Positions 38,872 through 49,211 of a stretch of DNA of 64,000 bases are shown here, piece by piece (position 1 is the stretch's first letter; each line of letters starts with the position of its first letter). A program made the position numbers and the translations under genes. The notes beneath the pieces were generated by a model that worked only from the letters and a program-made list of their open reading frames with translations, was not told where the DNA came from and searched no databases. Source of the DNA: a virus; IMG/VR virus record IMGVR_UViG_3300031519_006853, positions 117,664 to 181,663 of that record, one strand, 5' to 3'.

Positions 38872-41800
38872 GCTGAAAAACTCCTAGATAAAGCGTCGTA
38901 TAGTTTAGTTAGAACTAATCCTAAATTAACAGGTAATGTTAAAGTAGTATCGGATGGTACTGATATTTACTTAGAATCCTTTAGTGCTAATACAAGACTT
39001 GCATCTCAGAAATTTAAAGCATTTAAGGTTGATGGTTCTAGTACCTATGATCGTGATGTTTTTAGATTTTTTGATTTTGGAAAATTTCCTAAAGAAGCTG
39101 CGTACGAAATCTTCCAAGAATATGAAGATGATGCAGTACTATCTAAATACGGTAATCAATATGAAATGTTTTATTGCGCAGGGACTAGGTCAGTTGCGTC
39201 GGAAGCATATTCACAGAGTTTAGCTACATTAGCGCCTCTTTGGTTAAATGATCAAATGCCTAATTACTTTGTAGTTTTTAGATTAGATAACCCAGCAGCA
39301 GTAAATAATTTTAGAGCTGCAACTGAGAATGCTAATACTGTAAATGCACAAACATCTGCTGAATTTAGCAAAAATGTTTTGGAGAATTGTACTGCAATTA
39401 AAACATTTGATTTAACAGAAAGTACCCCACTAGGATCTTATATTAGAAATTATAGAAATCAAGAAACATTTCCAGAAGTACCACTAAATGTTTCATGGAG
39501 AAAAGACGAGCCTATCTTGTGGAATGGTATATCTTATAAAAGTGGAGGGTTTACTAGCACAGGAAATTTTGCATATAATGATATAATCGGTAAAGATTCT
39601 ACTATTATTCAAGATGAGTATTTATTTACACAAGGGTTTCAGAATAATGGAATTCTTTTGGCTAATCTTTTAAATATGGAATTCTTATTTGATGATCCTA
39701 CTGCTGAAGATTATTCAATTAATAGATATTTTGGTATGTATGTTAATGATATTGAAGAAGGTAGGTTTGATATATCAGGAGAAGCATTTTATAAAAATAC
39801 AGAAAAAACACAGTTACCTAAAATAACTACAATAACTGAAGTTTCACAAGATCTTAATACCCCTTTTACTATAACTAATGAACAAGGTATATTATTATTT
39901 TTAGATCCTTTAAAAACAGAAACTATTACAGGATTACCAACACCTACTAGAGTAGATGAAGTTGAATCTATTTTTTATGTTAAGGATAAAGAAGATGATT
40001 TTCATACAATTAAAAAAGGGGCAATTTGGGGTAAAAATCAAATAAGATTATTTGACACTGAGGTTGATGTTTCTTTATTTACAGGTTATAAGGATCCTGA
40101 TACTTTTGCTAATGCTAGTATTATAAATCGCGCAGGTGTTGCACAGATGTATATAAAGGTATTAGATAATATTGAAGATGGCTTTAGTATAACTTTTTAT
40201 GATGGCTCATCTGTCACAGGTAAAATATTTGCTAATAGTACACTGGCACCAATACCTGGGAAATCATTTGAAAGATTCTTTAATCCTAACGGTACAATAC
40301 AAGAAGTTGCACAATCTATAACTTCTGCTATTAATAATGGTATAGATGAAAATGTTAGATTTTTTGTAGCCTCTTATAATGATAGTACTGTTTATGTTAA
40401 GTCAAGATTTAGTGGTAATAGATTTAATAGAATGGGATTTCTGTTGGATATACAATTCCCAGAAGCGTTTTCACAATTGCAAACATACCCATTAACCACA
40501 CTAGTTAGCCCATCTAATACTTTTGTTGGTGGGAATGATGTTAAGAATAGTTTGCTAAAAGTTGAATTAGGAGATCAAGATAGATTTACACCTGGTGAGT
40601 TTGTACAAACAACTGGTGGTTATGCTGTTATTGGTGATTGGGTTCCATACACTGATGAACCTATTTATAATGGTTTTAATGAAATTATAGGATATACTGA
40701 TATAGATAAATATGCAATCATAACATGTAATGATGATGAGATAATAGTTACTAGGTCTAATCAAGTTGCACTCTATTCAGATTACAAGCCATCATTTGGT
40801 AGATTTTCATTTTTTGAAGTTAGAGATTTTGATTTTAATTTCTATAGTACTATGTATAGTGAAGAAGGTGAATTAGATTTTGAGTTTAAAGAATATAACC
40901 AAACTACACCAGGTATAGTACCTCTTCAATATACTGGAGTAAGTAGCAATCCACAGATTAGAAACTTTTATGATAATGGTGGGTTTTATAATCTTATCGG
41001 TTTATTAAATGATGCAGAAGACCAGAACCCTAATGATGAATATATTAAAAGTGAATATGTTAGGTTGGAAGAAAACTTTTTAACTTCACAGGCCGCTGCG
41101 TCTAGAATTGCACCTTATATTAATAAATGGGGATGGGTTAACGACGGTAAAGATGTAAGAAATCATCCTTATAGATTGGATGTAAATGAAGCCTTTGGTT
41201 TAAATAACTTTGCACCATCTAAATGGGATAAGATACAAGAGGCTAGTGGTTATTCTCATGAGTGGTATTACTTATCTGAATTTCCAGAATATTTTACTAA
41301 TGACGCAATTGAAAGCTCTTGGAGTTATTGCGTTAAGGCACCTACCGATAATATAGAAGCTAATTTATTTACTGGGCAAGTATTTGTGCCAGGTACTTTT
41401 CAAAATGTTAACATAAATTATTTTGATGAATATTTTATTGTACAAAAATTTGATTTTGGTAATAGCAATATTGTAGAGATAGATAGACAACTAAGATATG
41501 GTAGATTTAGCGGTGGTAATGAAGATAATTTTGCTGAGGCATTTTTACGAGGTGTTAGAATTATAGCAAAGCCTAAATCAATTGGTACAGAAAAACCTGA
41601 TTTTAATGCTAGATCATTATCATATGTTAGAGATGGTTCTTTTAATGATTATAGATTTTCTGTTATCATGGTTCCTAATTTACCAGATAGCCCGCCATTT
41701 GAAATTAAGTTTATAAAAAATGAAAAGTGGAAAACTATAGTAATGTTTATTTCAATTGAATATGCTGTAAAGTGTTTAAATGATAATACTAAATCTATTA

Positions 41801-43566
41801 TAGATAGAACTAGTTTATATTCTTTAAATAGTAATTGGGCCGTCAATCCAGCTACATGTGCACCACAAAACATTCCTAACCCATACACTAATACTACAGT
41901 GAGTGGTGCAATTGCATTAACGCAATCTTATTTAGAACCATCTGGTGATATTATTGTTAAATGGCAACCAGATAAAGATGGTGTTTTACCTGACTTGATT
42001 AATGATATTAGAATTTTAGAAGATGGAACTTATGGTGAGATTAAATTTACAATTGGTTTTGATATCTTTGTAATTAATGGGATTATTAATATTGAAAATT
42101 TTAATACACTAAGAGTAGCGGCTAATGGTTTTACGAAAAATGGTAATGTGCAATCAATTCCATCATCTTCACCAAATAATGTTGAATTAAGAGCTGCAAC
42201 ATACCAAATTAATAAAGGTGGTTATTTACAATATACTGATAGACTTAATTCAGCTAGCTTTGGAGAAATGTTTGATGCGGTTAATCAAGGTAACCCAAGT
42301 GTTATATATGAAACGATTGCAACTGATGGGAGCCAACTTAGAAATAATGACGGTTCATTAGCACAAACTTTTAGTATTGAACTAAGAGCACAGGCAGATA
42401 TACTTAAAGCTATATATGTTGGTGTATTACCTGATCCGGCAAAGCCAACTGCATTTAACTTAACTGATGTGGTTGGGTATGATTTATCTTTACAGAAAAA
42501 ACCAAGGTTAGTACCTATTGCAAGACATGCTGGTTATTATGCACCGTATGCGTTACCCCTGCTTTCATTTAGAGATCCTTATCAAAATTTAGATTTTAAT
42601 GATGTTACTGGTGGAACAGGTACTTCACTTATTCCAGATGCTGATTATAAAATAAAGGTAGCGGAATTATGTAAATATAAAAATGCACAATTTTATAGTA
42701 AAGATCCTACATTTGGCCAAGTACAAAATTTCTTTTATCATAAAGTAAATGAACAAGATCCATCAACAGTTTTAGAATTATCAAGAGAAAGTGCATTCCC
42801 TAGTTTATATCCTCTAATTAATGAAATAGGTATTGACTATAAAGATTTTTATGCATTCTCATCAAACTGGGAACCGTCGTATTTTATTAAAAGTATTGAT
42901 AAGTCTCAAATACAAAAGATTATTGGAACAAGATCAATGCTTGAGCGAAAGTCATTTTTCGGATCTAAATATTTAAAAGTTCCAGAAACTATTATATTAG
43001 AAACATTTAAACCAGATCCATTTGTTAAAGGCGCAATTAGACAGCCCAGTTTAATAGATGGTACATTTATGTACTTAGATCAACCTTCTGTAACAATTAA
43101 TAAAAAAACAATTCAACGAGAAGGCGTAGTAAGCACTAGATCAATTAAGAAAAAACCTTCTGCTCCTGTAATTAATTTTTACTTATTTAATCAAAAGAGA
43201 TTAATGGAACATCTATTCACTCCAATTAAAGAACAATTTTTAAAGTATGTTAATGAATTGTATGGGTGGGGTAATTTAGAAACTCTTGATGATGATGTTA
43301 ATCAATACATAAGAGAAAATATATTAAAATTATATAAAGTAGAAAAAGTTGAATTATATACATTAGCTAGCAGGACAAAAGGTGGATCTACATATACTAC
43401 AGCTGAATTAACAGATGCACAAAAAATTAATAATGGTTTAACTATTAATAATAATGTAGCATCAAAAACTTTAAATACAAACCCATTTGATTTAAGGCTA
43501 ATATATAATAAAAGAACAGGTTTCTCTGAATCATTTGGTTTCAGTGTTACAATAGTTAAAAAATAA
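38869..43566 (+). CDS. very large virion structural protein
   Basis: 1565-aa uninterrupted ORF in the tail module. No catalytic motif recognised. Confidence 0.6.
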   Translation: MAEKLLDKASYSLVRTNPKLTGNVKVVSDGTDIYLESFSANTRLASQKFKAFKVDGSSTYDRDVFRFFDFGKFPKEAAYEIFQEYEDDAVLSKYGNQYEMFYCAGTRSVASEAYSQSLATLAPLWLNDQMPNYFVVFRLDNPAAVNNFRAATENANTVNAQTSAEFSKNVLENCTAIKTFDLTESTPLGSYIRNYRNQETFPEVPLNVSWRKDEPILWNGISYKSGGFTSTGNFAYNDIIGKDSTIIQDEYLFTQGFQNNGILLANLLNMEFLFDDPTAEDYSINRYFGMYVNDIEEGRFDISGEAFYKNTEKTQLPKITTITEVSQDLNTPFTITNEQGILLFLDPLKTETITGLPTPTRVDEVESIFYVKDKEDDFHTIKKGAIWGKNQIRLFDTEVDVSLFTGYKDPDTFANASIINRAGVAQMYIKVLDNIEDGFSITFYDGSSVTGKIFANSTLAPIPGKSFERFFNPNGTIQEVAQSITSAINNGIDENVRFFVASYNDSTVYVKSRFSGNRFNRMGFLLDIQFPEAFSQLQTYPLTTLVSPSNTFVGGNDVKNSLLKVELGDQDRFTPGEFVQTTGGYAVIGDWVPYTDEPIYNGFNEIIGYTDIDKYAIITCNDDEIIVTRSNQVALYSDYKPSFGRFSFFEVRDFDFNFYSTMYSEEGELDFEFKEYNQTTPGIVPLQYTGVSSNPQIRNFYDNGGFYNLIGLLNDAEDQNPNDEYIKSEYVRLEENFLTSQAAASRIAPYINKWGWVNDGKDVRNHPYRLDVNEAFGLNNFAPSKWDKIQEASGYSHEWYYLSEFPEYFTNDAIESSWSYCVKAPTDNIEANLFTGQVFVPGTFQNVNINYFDEYFIVQKFDFGNSNIVEIDRQLRYGRFSGGNEDNFAEAFLRGVRIIAKPKSIGTEKPDFNARSLSYVRDGSFNDYRFSVIMVPNLPDSPPFEIKFIKNEKWKTIVMFISIEYAVKCLNDNTKSIIDRTSLYSLNSNWAVNPATCAPQNIPNPYTNTTVSGAIALTQSYLEPSGDIIVKWQPDKDGVLPDLINDIRILEDGTYGEIKFTIGFDIFVINGIINIENFNTLRVAANGFTKNGNVQSIPSSSPNNVELRAATYQINKGGYLQYTDRLNSASFGEMFDAVNQGNPSVIYETIATDGSQLRNNDGSLAQTFSIELRAQADILKAIYVGVLPDPAKPTAFNLTDVVGYDLSLQKKPRLVPIARHAGYYAPYALPLLSFRDPYQNLDFNDVTGGTGTSLIPDADYKIKVAELCKYKNAQFYSKDPTFGQVQNFFYHKVNEQDPSTVLELSRESAFPSLYPLINEIGIDYKDFYAFSSNWEPSYFIKSIDKSQIQKIIGTRSMLERKSFFGSKYLKVPETIILETFKPDPFVKGAIRQPSLIDGTFMYLDQPSVTINKKTIQREGVVSTRSIKKKPSAPVINFYLFNQKRLMEHLFTPIKEQFLKYVNELYGWGNLETLDDDVNQYIRENILKLYKVEKVELYTLASRTKGGSTYTTAELTDAQKINNGLTINNNVASKTLNTNPFDLRLIYNKRTGFSESFGFSVTIVKK

Positions 43567-43576
43567 TAGAAAAGAA

Positions 43577-46500
43577 ATGCCAATCACTATAAAAGAAATA
43601 ATAGCATCGGATACTATTTCACAACTGGTCGATAAAACAAATTTTAATTTTGATCAATTGTTACTTAATGGTGGAGGTCCAACTGGCCCTGCCGGTATAC
43701 AAGGACCTGTTGGTCCTGCAGGTGGAAGAGGACCAAAAGGAACTACATGGTATGAAGATACTGCTACATCTGCACCAGGTACTACACCTACTGCTAATTT
43801 TCCAACATTAACACCGTTAAGTGGTGATTACTATTTACAATTTAATGGCCAAGTATGGGAATATACTGGATTAGTATGGTCAATTACTACAATAAATTTA
43901 CAAGGGCCTATGGGTCCACAGGGGCCAGGTGGTGGAATGGGAGATACTTTTGGTTCGCCAACTATTGGTTTACAAACTGCTATTTATAATGGTACTATTG
44001 GATTAGGAGCAGGTGCTACAACTGGTGCTGGTGGTAATGAAGGTATTGCTTCTGTTATGATTGGTGGGGCAGTAACAACAACAACTCAATTGACAGGCAT
44101 ACCTTTAACTAATGCTTATGTTATTCCTGATTCAGTTGCTACCCAATTAATTTCCAGCGCAGCTTCACTATTAATACATCAAAAAGATTCTACTGCAAAG
44201 GCAATAGTGTTTCATGGCGGTTATGCAAATTTAGGTGATAAGTTTTATCAAACAGATCTAGGAGGGTTATCAAATATTAAAATTGGCGTAGATGACAGAT
44301 TAATTTTAAGTGTACCTAAGGCTTCTACCACTCCTTCTTCAATAAATGACTTGATTGGTTTTGAGCTTGATATACCAGAAAGATCTCAGTTATTTACTGC
44401 CGGAAAGGCAATCACATTCCAAACTGGAGATAGAAGTACCTTGGATTTATCAGGTGAAAATTCAAACTTTGATATTAGTGTTGGGACAGGATCAAGCCCA
44501 GGTGGAAATCAATTCAGTGTTACAACTTCAGGTACAGCTGCATCTGCAATTATGCAAATGGGTACAGGCTTTACTACAGTAACAAACCAAAATGCTAGAG
44601 TAGGCGATTTTCAAATACAAACAGGGAACATAGGCCTAGTATCATCGGCTAACAATAATATTAAGCTATTCTCAGGAGGAACAATAGATTTAGAAACTAC
44701 AAATGGAAGTAATCCAGTAGGCAGAATTAATCTACTATCAGGTGCAGGTGGAATAACTGCACAAACTAATGATGGAACAATACAACTTAAACAGAATAGT
44801 TCAGCCGGGACAGCAACAGCTGACATTCTTATTGAAAATGCGTCTACTGCTGGCTCAGCTACTGCGGGAGGAGATATTAGAATACAAGGAAATAGTTTAA
44901 TAGTATTAAAGAAGACAATACAAACTTCATTAGAAGCACCAAGTATAGTTATTGATTATACACGACTTACACCACCTAGTGATACACCAACACCGTTTAC
45001 TAGATTTGTAGGAAAGCAAACAATTTCACCAACGGGTTTAAGTGGTATTACTTATCCTTCATTAAGCCATAATACACTTATATATAAAAATCCTGAAACA
45101 GTAGTAAATACTGCTAATGCTATATTTGAATTGACAGGAACAGCAGGTGTTACAGATTATGCACCTGGTATATTTTTACAAGCATGGACAGGTGGACCAC
45201 AATCAACTTCAGGTGTTGACGCTGGTTTACTAGCAATTAACTTAGGGAGCGAAGGACCAGTATCCCCTGTTACTGCAGGCTATGAGCTATTTGATAATTC
45301 ACTAGGGTTTGGAGTAAGAGATCAAGCTAATACAAAAGATTATTTTAATGCAAGTGCAAATAAAATTTCATTTGCAGCACCGTGGGTATTAAAAAGAGCA
45401 AATGATTTAAATAGTTCTATTAACTCTGCACCAGCTGCAAATCGTTCAATAAGCTCTACAGCCTCTGCCCCTATAAATTACGGTTGGAATACAAGACAAG
45501 TTCTAACACCACAACAAGCTTCACCAAACGGAGTATCTTCTCTAGGGGTGCCAACAACAGCAGATTTAAATGTTCCATTTATATCTCTTAACTATGGGGT
45601 AGGTTTAGGTTATACTGATGCAGGTGCTACTTTTAATACAATCAATGTAGCTTACGACTATAAAGTTAATTTTCCTATTGGTGCATACCCTGGCCAAAGA
45701 ATAACGGTAAAAGTGTATGTACAGCCACTCACGTATGCAGAAGGCTCAAAGGCTGGTGGAGGTGGTACTATTACAGTACGAAATTATGGTTCAGTTTTAT
45801 TAAGAGTACCACAATTTAGAATTGCATCACCATCATCTGCCAGTTATACTAGTTGGTGGGGTTCTACAAATAGTAGTTCTGGAAATGGTCAAACACATAA
45901 TGGTTATGCATCCTATCTGGTCTCCACCACTCAAAATGATTCTGATGACGGTATTGGGCGATTTAAACTATTAGACATGATATGGGATGGTCAGATTATA
46001 ACACAAGTAGGCCAAATTGTTAACGCACAAGTTCAAAGCCAAAATACTATGACCACAAAAACACAACATGGTTGGGCAGTTACATCTGAAGGGGCTTTTC
46101 TTGCTGCAAATAATTCAGTAGCAATTAGTGGTTATGATAATAATGCATCTTGTTTTGTAGCCGGGACCGAAATTTCTTTAGCGAATGGAGATATAAAAAA
46201 TATTGAAGATATTTTATCAGGTGAAGAAGTTATAACATGGAATGAATCTACCAAAACAGCAGAAGTTGGTACTGTAGGTAAATTAAATATTACAGAAGAT
46301 GTAAGTATGATTATTAGGCTAACGCTTGATAATAGCACTGTAATTGAAACTACTGAACACCACCCATTTTATCATAGAGATGGTAAAAATATAGGTCTTA
46401 TTGATGCATGTGACTTAAGACCAGGAATGGCATTATTAACAATAGGAGAAACAGAAGCTAAGATAGAATCTGTAGTAAAAGAAAATGGTTTATATACAGT

Positions 46501-46798
46501 TTACAACTTAATTGATGTAAGCGGTAATAATAACTTCTATGTAAATGAAACATTGGTACATAATAAAGTATCTGACATTAGATTAAAAGAAAATTATAAT
46601 GTAATTGGAAAATCACCGTCAGGTATACCAATTTATGAATATAGTTATATTGGTAAACCTGAAAGATATGTTGGGGCAATGGCGCAAGACTTAATTAAAT
46701 TAGGAAGGGCTGATGCAGTAACTGAAATGGCTAACGGATATTATTCTGTTAACTATAACTTAATTGATGTAGAATATAAAGAACTAAATTTAATATAA
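43577..46798 (+). CDS. tail fibre with short collagen segment, Hint (intein-like) domain and C-terminal peptidase S74 chaperone
   Basis: GPTGPAGIQGPVGPAGGRGPKG collagen. CFVAGT...LVHN Hint domain (46151-46564). SDIRLKEN...IY.Y.Y...G.MAQDL...V...GY..VNY S74 domain. Confidence 0.85.
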   Translation: MPITIKEIIASDTISQLVDKTNFNFDQLLLNGGGPTGPAGIQGPVGPAGGRGPKGTTWYEDTATSAPGTTPTANFPTLTPLSGDYYLQFNGQVWEYTGLVWSITTINLQGPMGPQGPGGGMGDTFGSPTIGLQTAIYNGTIGLGAGATTGAGGNEGIASVMIGGAVTTTTQLTGIPLTNAYVIPDSVATQLISSAASLLIHQKDSTAKAIVFHGGYANLGDKFYQTDLGGLSNIKIGVDDRLILSVPKASTTPSSINDLIGFELDIPERSQLFTAGKAITFQTGDRSTLDLSGENSNFDISVGTGSSPGGNQFSVTTSGTAASAIMQMGTGFTTVTNQNARVGDFQIQTGNIGLVSSANNNIKLFSGGTIDLETTNGSNPVGRINLLSGAGGITAQTNDGTIQLKQNSSAGTATADILIENASTAGSATAGGDIRIQGNSLIVLKKTIQTSLEAPSIVIDYTRLTPPSDTPTPFTRFVGKQTISPTGLSGITYPSLSHNTLIYKNPETVVNTANAIFELTGTAGVTDYAPGIFLQAWTGGPQSTSGVDAGLLAINLGSEGPVSPVTAGYELFDNSLGFGVRDQANTKDYFNASANKISFAAPWVLKRANDLNSSINSAPAANRSISSTASAPINYGWNTRQVLTPQQASPNGVSSLGVPTTADLNVPFISLNYGVGLGYTDAGATFNTINVAYDYKVNFPIGAYPGQRITVKVYVQPLTYAEGSKAGGGGTITVRNYGSVLLRVPQFRIASPSSASYTSWWGSTNSSSGNGQTHNGYASYLVSTTQNDSDDGIGRFKLLDMIWDGQIITQVGQIVNAQVQSQNTMTTKTQHGWAVTSEGAFLAANNSVAISGYDNNASCFVAGTEISLANGDIKNIEDILSGEEVITWNESTKTAEVGTVGKLNITEDVSMIIRLTLDNSTVIETTEHHPFYHRDGKNIGLIDACDLRPGMALLTIGETEAKIESVVKENGLYTVYNLIDVSGNNNFYVNETLVHNKVSDIRLKENYNVIGKSPSGIPIYEYSYIGKPERYVGAMAQDLIKLGRADAVTEMANGYYSVNYNLIDVEYKELNLI

Positions 46799-47032
46799 AT
46801 GACAAAAAAAGAAATAAAAGAACTTAATGAATACATAGGTAGATATAGAGAAATTCAACTTTCTTTAGACTTAATGCAAAAAAGTATTCAAAGTTTAGCA
46901 AAGAAAAGAGATGGTCTTTTTGAAGAAGTTGATGGTATGAAACTAAAAGAAAAAAAGTTTATAGATAAAATTGCAAAAAAATATGGTGCTGCTGAAGTAA
47001 CACCTAATAAGTTAATGAAGTATATAAAATGA
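46799..47032 (+). CDS. small coiled-coil protein
   Basis: 77 aa with a heptad pattern. Confidence 0.65.
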   Translation: MTKKEIKELNEYIGRYREIQLSLDLMQKSIQSLAKKRDGLFEEVDGMKLKEKKFIDKIAKKYGAAEVTPNKLMKYIK

Positions 47033-47814
47033 TTTTAATTATTAAAAATATTCTTGGTATTCTAACAGACCCAAAGAACACTAGAATGTTTTTATTAGGG
47101 GGGATTGGAATATTGCTTTTTTTATTACTTAGACAATGTAATGAAACTGAACAGGCTAAAGGTGAGGTTACTAGATTTCAAAATAATCTTTCTGCAGCTA
47201 ATGATACTATTCTTAATTATGTAAATGAGAATGGAGAATCAGTTGGGGAAATTAAAGGTTTAAATTTATCATTAGAAGAATTAAGAGATAGTTTAGAATA
47301 TGAAAAAGATAGACCACCTATAACTATTGTTAAATATAAAACAATAATTGAAGAAAGAATAATTGAAGTCCCAGTTATAACAAGAGACACTGTAGTTAAA
47401 CAAGATGGTATTGAATTTAGTTCAGTACTAAGTTTTGATTCAAAGAGTGAATGGGAAAAGAGCTCAAGATTAATTGATGTATCTTTGCCTTACACCTTTA
47501 CAGATAGTTTAATGTTCGGTTCAGCAATAATAGGATTAAAACAAAATATATGGTTAGATGCTACACTATCACAAGATCTTAATACAAAGGAAGTTTTTAT
47601 TAAATTAACTTCGGATTATCCTGGTACAACATTTAATAATACACAAGGCATTATGATTGATCAAAATAGTCCTGCGTTTAAAAGTATACAAATGAAAAAT
47701 AGAAAACCTTTTGGTTTCGGTATTAATATGGGAATGGGAATTACTGGAGATGGTAATTTTGGGCCTTATATCGGATTAGGAATTTCTTGGAACCCAAAGC
47801 TTTTGCAATGGTAA
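47029..47814 (+). CDS. membrane-anchored coiled-coil protein, possible spanin-like
   Basis: N-terminal TM segment ending LLLRQC, then a coiled coil and a C-terminal Gly/aromatic beta-hairpin (FGFGINMG...YIGLGISW). Confidence 0.45.
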   Translation: MILIIKNILGILTDPKNTRMFLLGGIGILLFLLLRQCNETEQAKGEVTRFQNNLSAANDTILNYVNENGESVGEIKGLNLSLEELRDSLEYEKDRPPITIVKYKTIIEERIIEVPVITRDTVVKQDGIEFSSVLSFDSKSEWEKSSRLIDVSLPYTFTDSLMFGSAIIGLKQNIWLDATLSQDLNTKEVFIKLTSDYPGTTFNNTQGIMIDQNSPAFKSIQMKNRKPFGFGINMGMGITGDGNFGPYIGLGISWNPKLLQW

Positions 47815-47828
47815 ATAAATAGAATAGA

Positions 47829-49211
47829 ATGGAATCATCAAGGTTTATATCAATATCTGAGCAAATACTTATAGAGTATGTGTACACTAGTCAGTCAACA
47901 CCGACTACGTTTAATACTGCTACTTATCCTATAGAGTTAATGCGAGACACTAATACTAAAGGAACTTATTTCTTTAATACGGATAGTGTTTCTGCAACTA
48001 TGGGTAATTATAGAGATATCTCTGCAGTATCTAATAATGCTCTTAGAACACAGTATGTTTCTTTAGATACAGATATAGGCGTTCCTTATAATGATTACAG
48101 TCCAGCATTAACAGATTCAGCTAATCTTTTACAAACATTTAGCCCACAGCTTGATGTTGCATATGATAAGATTAGAGTGCATTTTATAGCAGGCTTTAAT
48201 TTTGAAGGATTTGATGGTATTGTATTTGAAGCATTAGCACCAAGAAGAGATAGTGTTATGTTAAATCTTTCGTCAATCAATTTCTTAAAAACTGATACGC
48301 CAACATTTAATCCTGACCCATTATTAATTGCAGATAGATTATATGCTACTTTTATTGAATGGAGAGTTCCATCTTTATATTATATGAATAATTTATTTAC
48401 TGCTTCTGATTCTAATGGAGTAGCTTATAAGTTAACAGATAGCCAAGGGTTTCTTAGTACACCTCCTATTACACTAAGAGCTACTGGTATATTCCAAACT
48501 ATTGTAGAAAATGCATATAGTTTTTATGAGATGCAGGAAATTAATTCGGTATCTATTTTAAATAGAGATATTTATGACAACTTATATGCACAAGTAATCC
48601 AATCAGATAATGGTGATTATTTTGAATTGTCTGGCCAAGTAACAGGATCTAGCTTTAGTAATTTTATTGCTCAGTTAAATTCTTCAGGTGGTCAGTATGT
48701 AGTATTTCATGAAATTAGTGTTACAGAACAAATAGGGCAGGTATTTACACAAACAAGCTTTCAGGTTATAACACAAGACACTGACTTTGACGAACCAGTT
48801 TTATTTAGGCCTATTATTAAAAATGGTAATAGCGCAGTTTCTTTTTCTATTAATTATGTATTAAGATTATATAATAAAGCTGATGCTACACAGATTATTA
48901 AAAATGCTAAACTAACATCATTTGATGCTCAAAAATATGGAAGACAAATGATTCAGATTAATTTAGGTGTAGTACCAACTGTTGCCAATGTATATAATCA
49001 AATTAATAATGATACAGGAAAACAAATAGTAGTTGGGACTGGTGGATCTAGTGAAGATAATACTAATAATACATCTGAACAAATAACAGAGAAATTAGTT
49101 GTTAAGACTAGTTATGTAACAACATTTAGAGATAGAATAAAAGTAAAAGCTGCAATTTCTCCAGCTAAAATACAAACAATAACAGAAACTAATGGCCGCA
49201 ACGAAAAATAA
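47829..49211 (+). CDS. virion structural protein
   Basis: 460 aa, beta-rich, preceded by AATAAATA. Confidence 0.55.
   Translation: MESSRFISISEQILIEYVYTSQSTPTTFNTATYPIELMRDTNTKGTYFFNTDSVSATMGNYRDISAVSNNALRTQYVSLDTDIGVPYNDYSPALTDSANLLQTFSPQLDVAYDKIRVHFIAGFNFEGFDGIVFEALAPRRDSVMLNLSSINFLKTDTPTFNPDPLLIADRLYATFIEWRVPSLYYMNNLFTASDSNGVAYKLTDSQGFLSTPPITLRATGIFQTIVENAYSFYEMQEINSVSILNRDIYDNLYAQVIQSDNGDYFELSGQVTGSSFSNFIAQLNSSGGQYVVFHEISVTEQIGQVFTQTSFQVITQDTDFDEPVLFRPIIKNGNSAVSFSINYVLRLYNKADATQIIKNAKLTSFDAQKYGRQMIQINLGVVPTVANVYNQINNDTGKQIVVGTGGSSEDNTNNTSEQITEKLVVKTSYVTTFRDRIKVKAAISPAKIQTITETNGRNEK

Noticed and set aside
46151-46564. Canonical splicing intein or mobile homing element
   Set aside because: There is no LAGLIDADG/HNH insert and the +1 residue after HN is Lys, so it is treated as a cleavage-type Hint domain.
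46799-47814. Tail-assembly-chaperone programmed frameshift pair
   Set aside because: No convincing slippery site at the junction and no tape-measure gene follows. The simple ATGA overlap explains the coupling.
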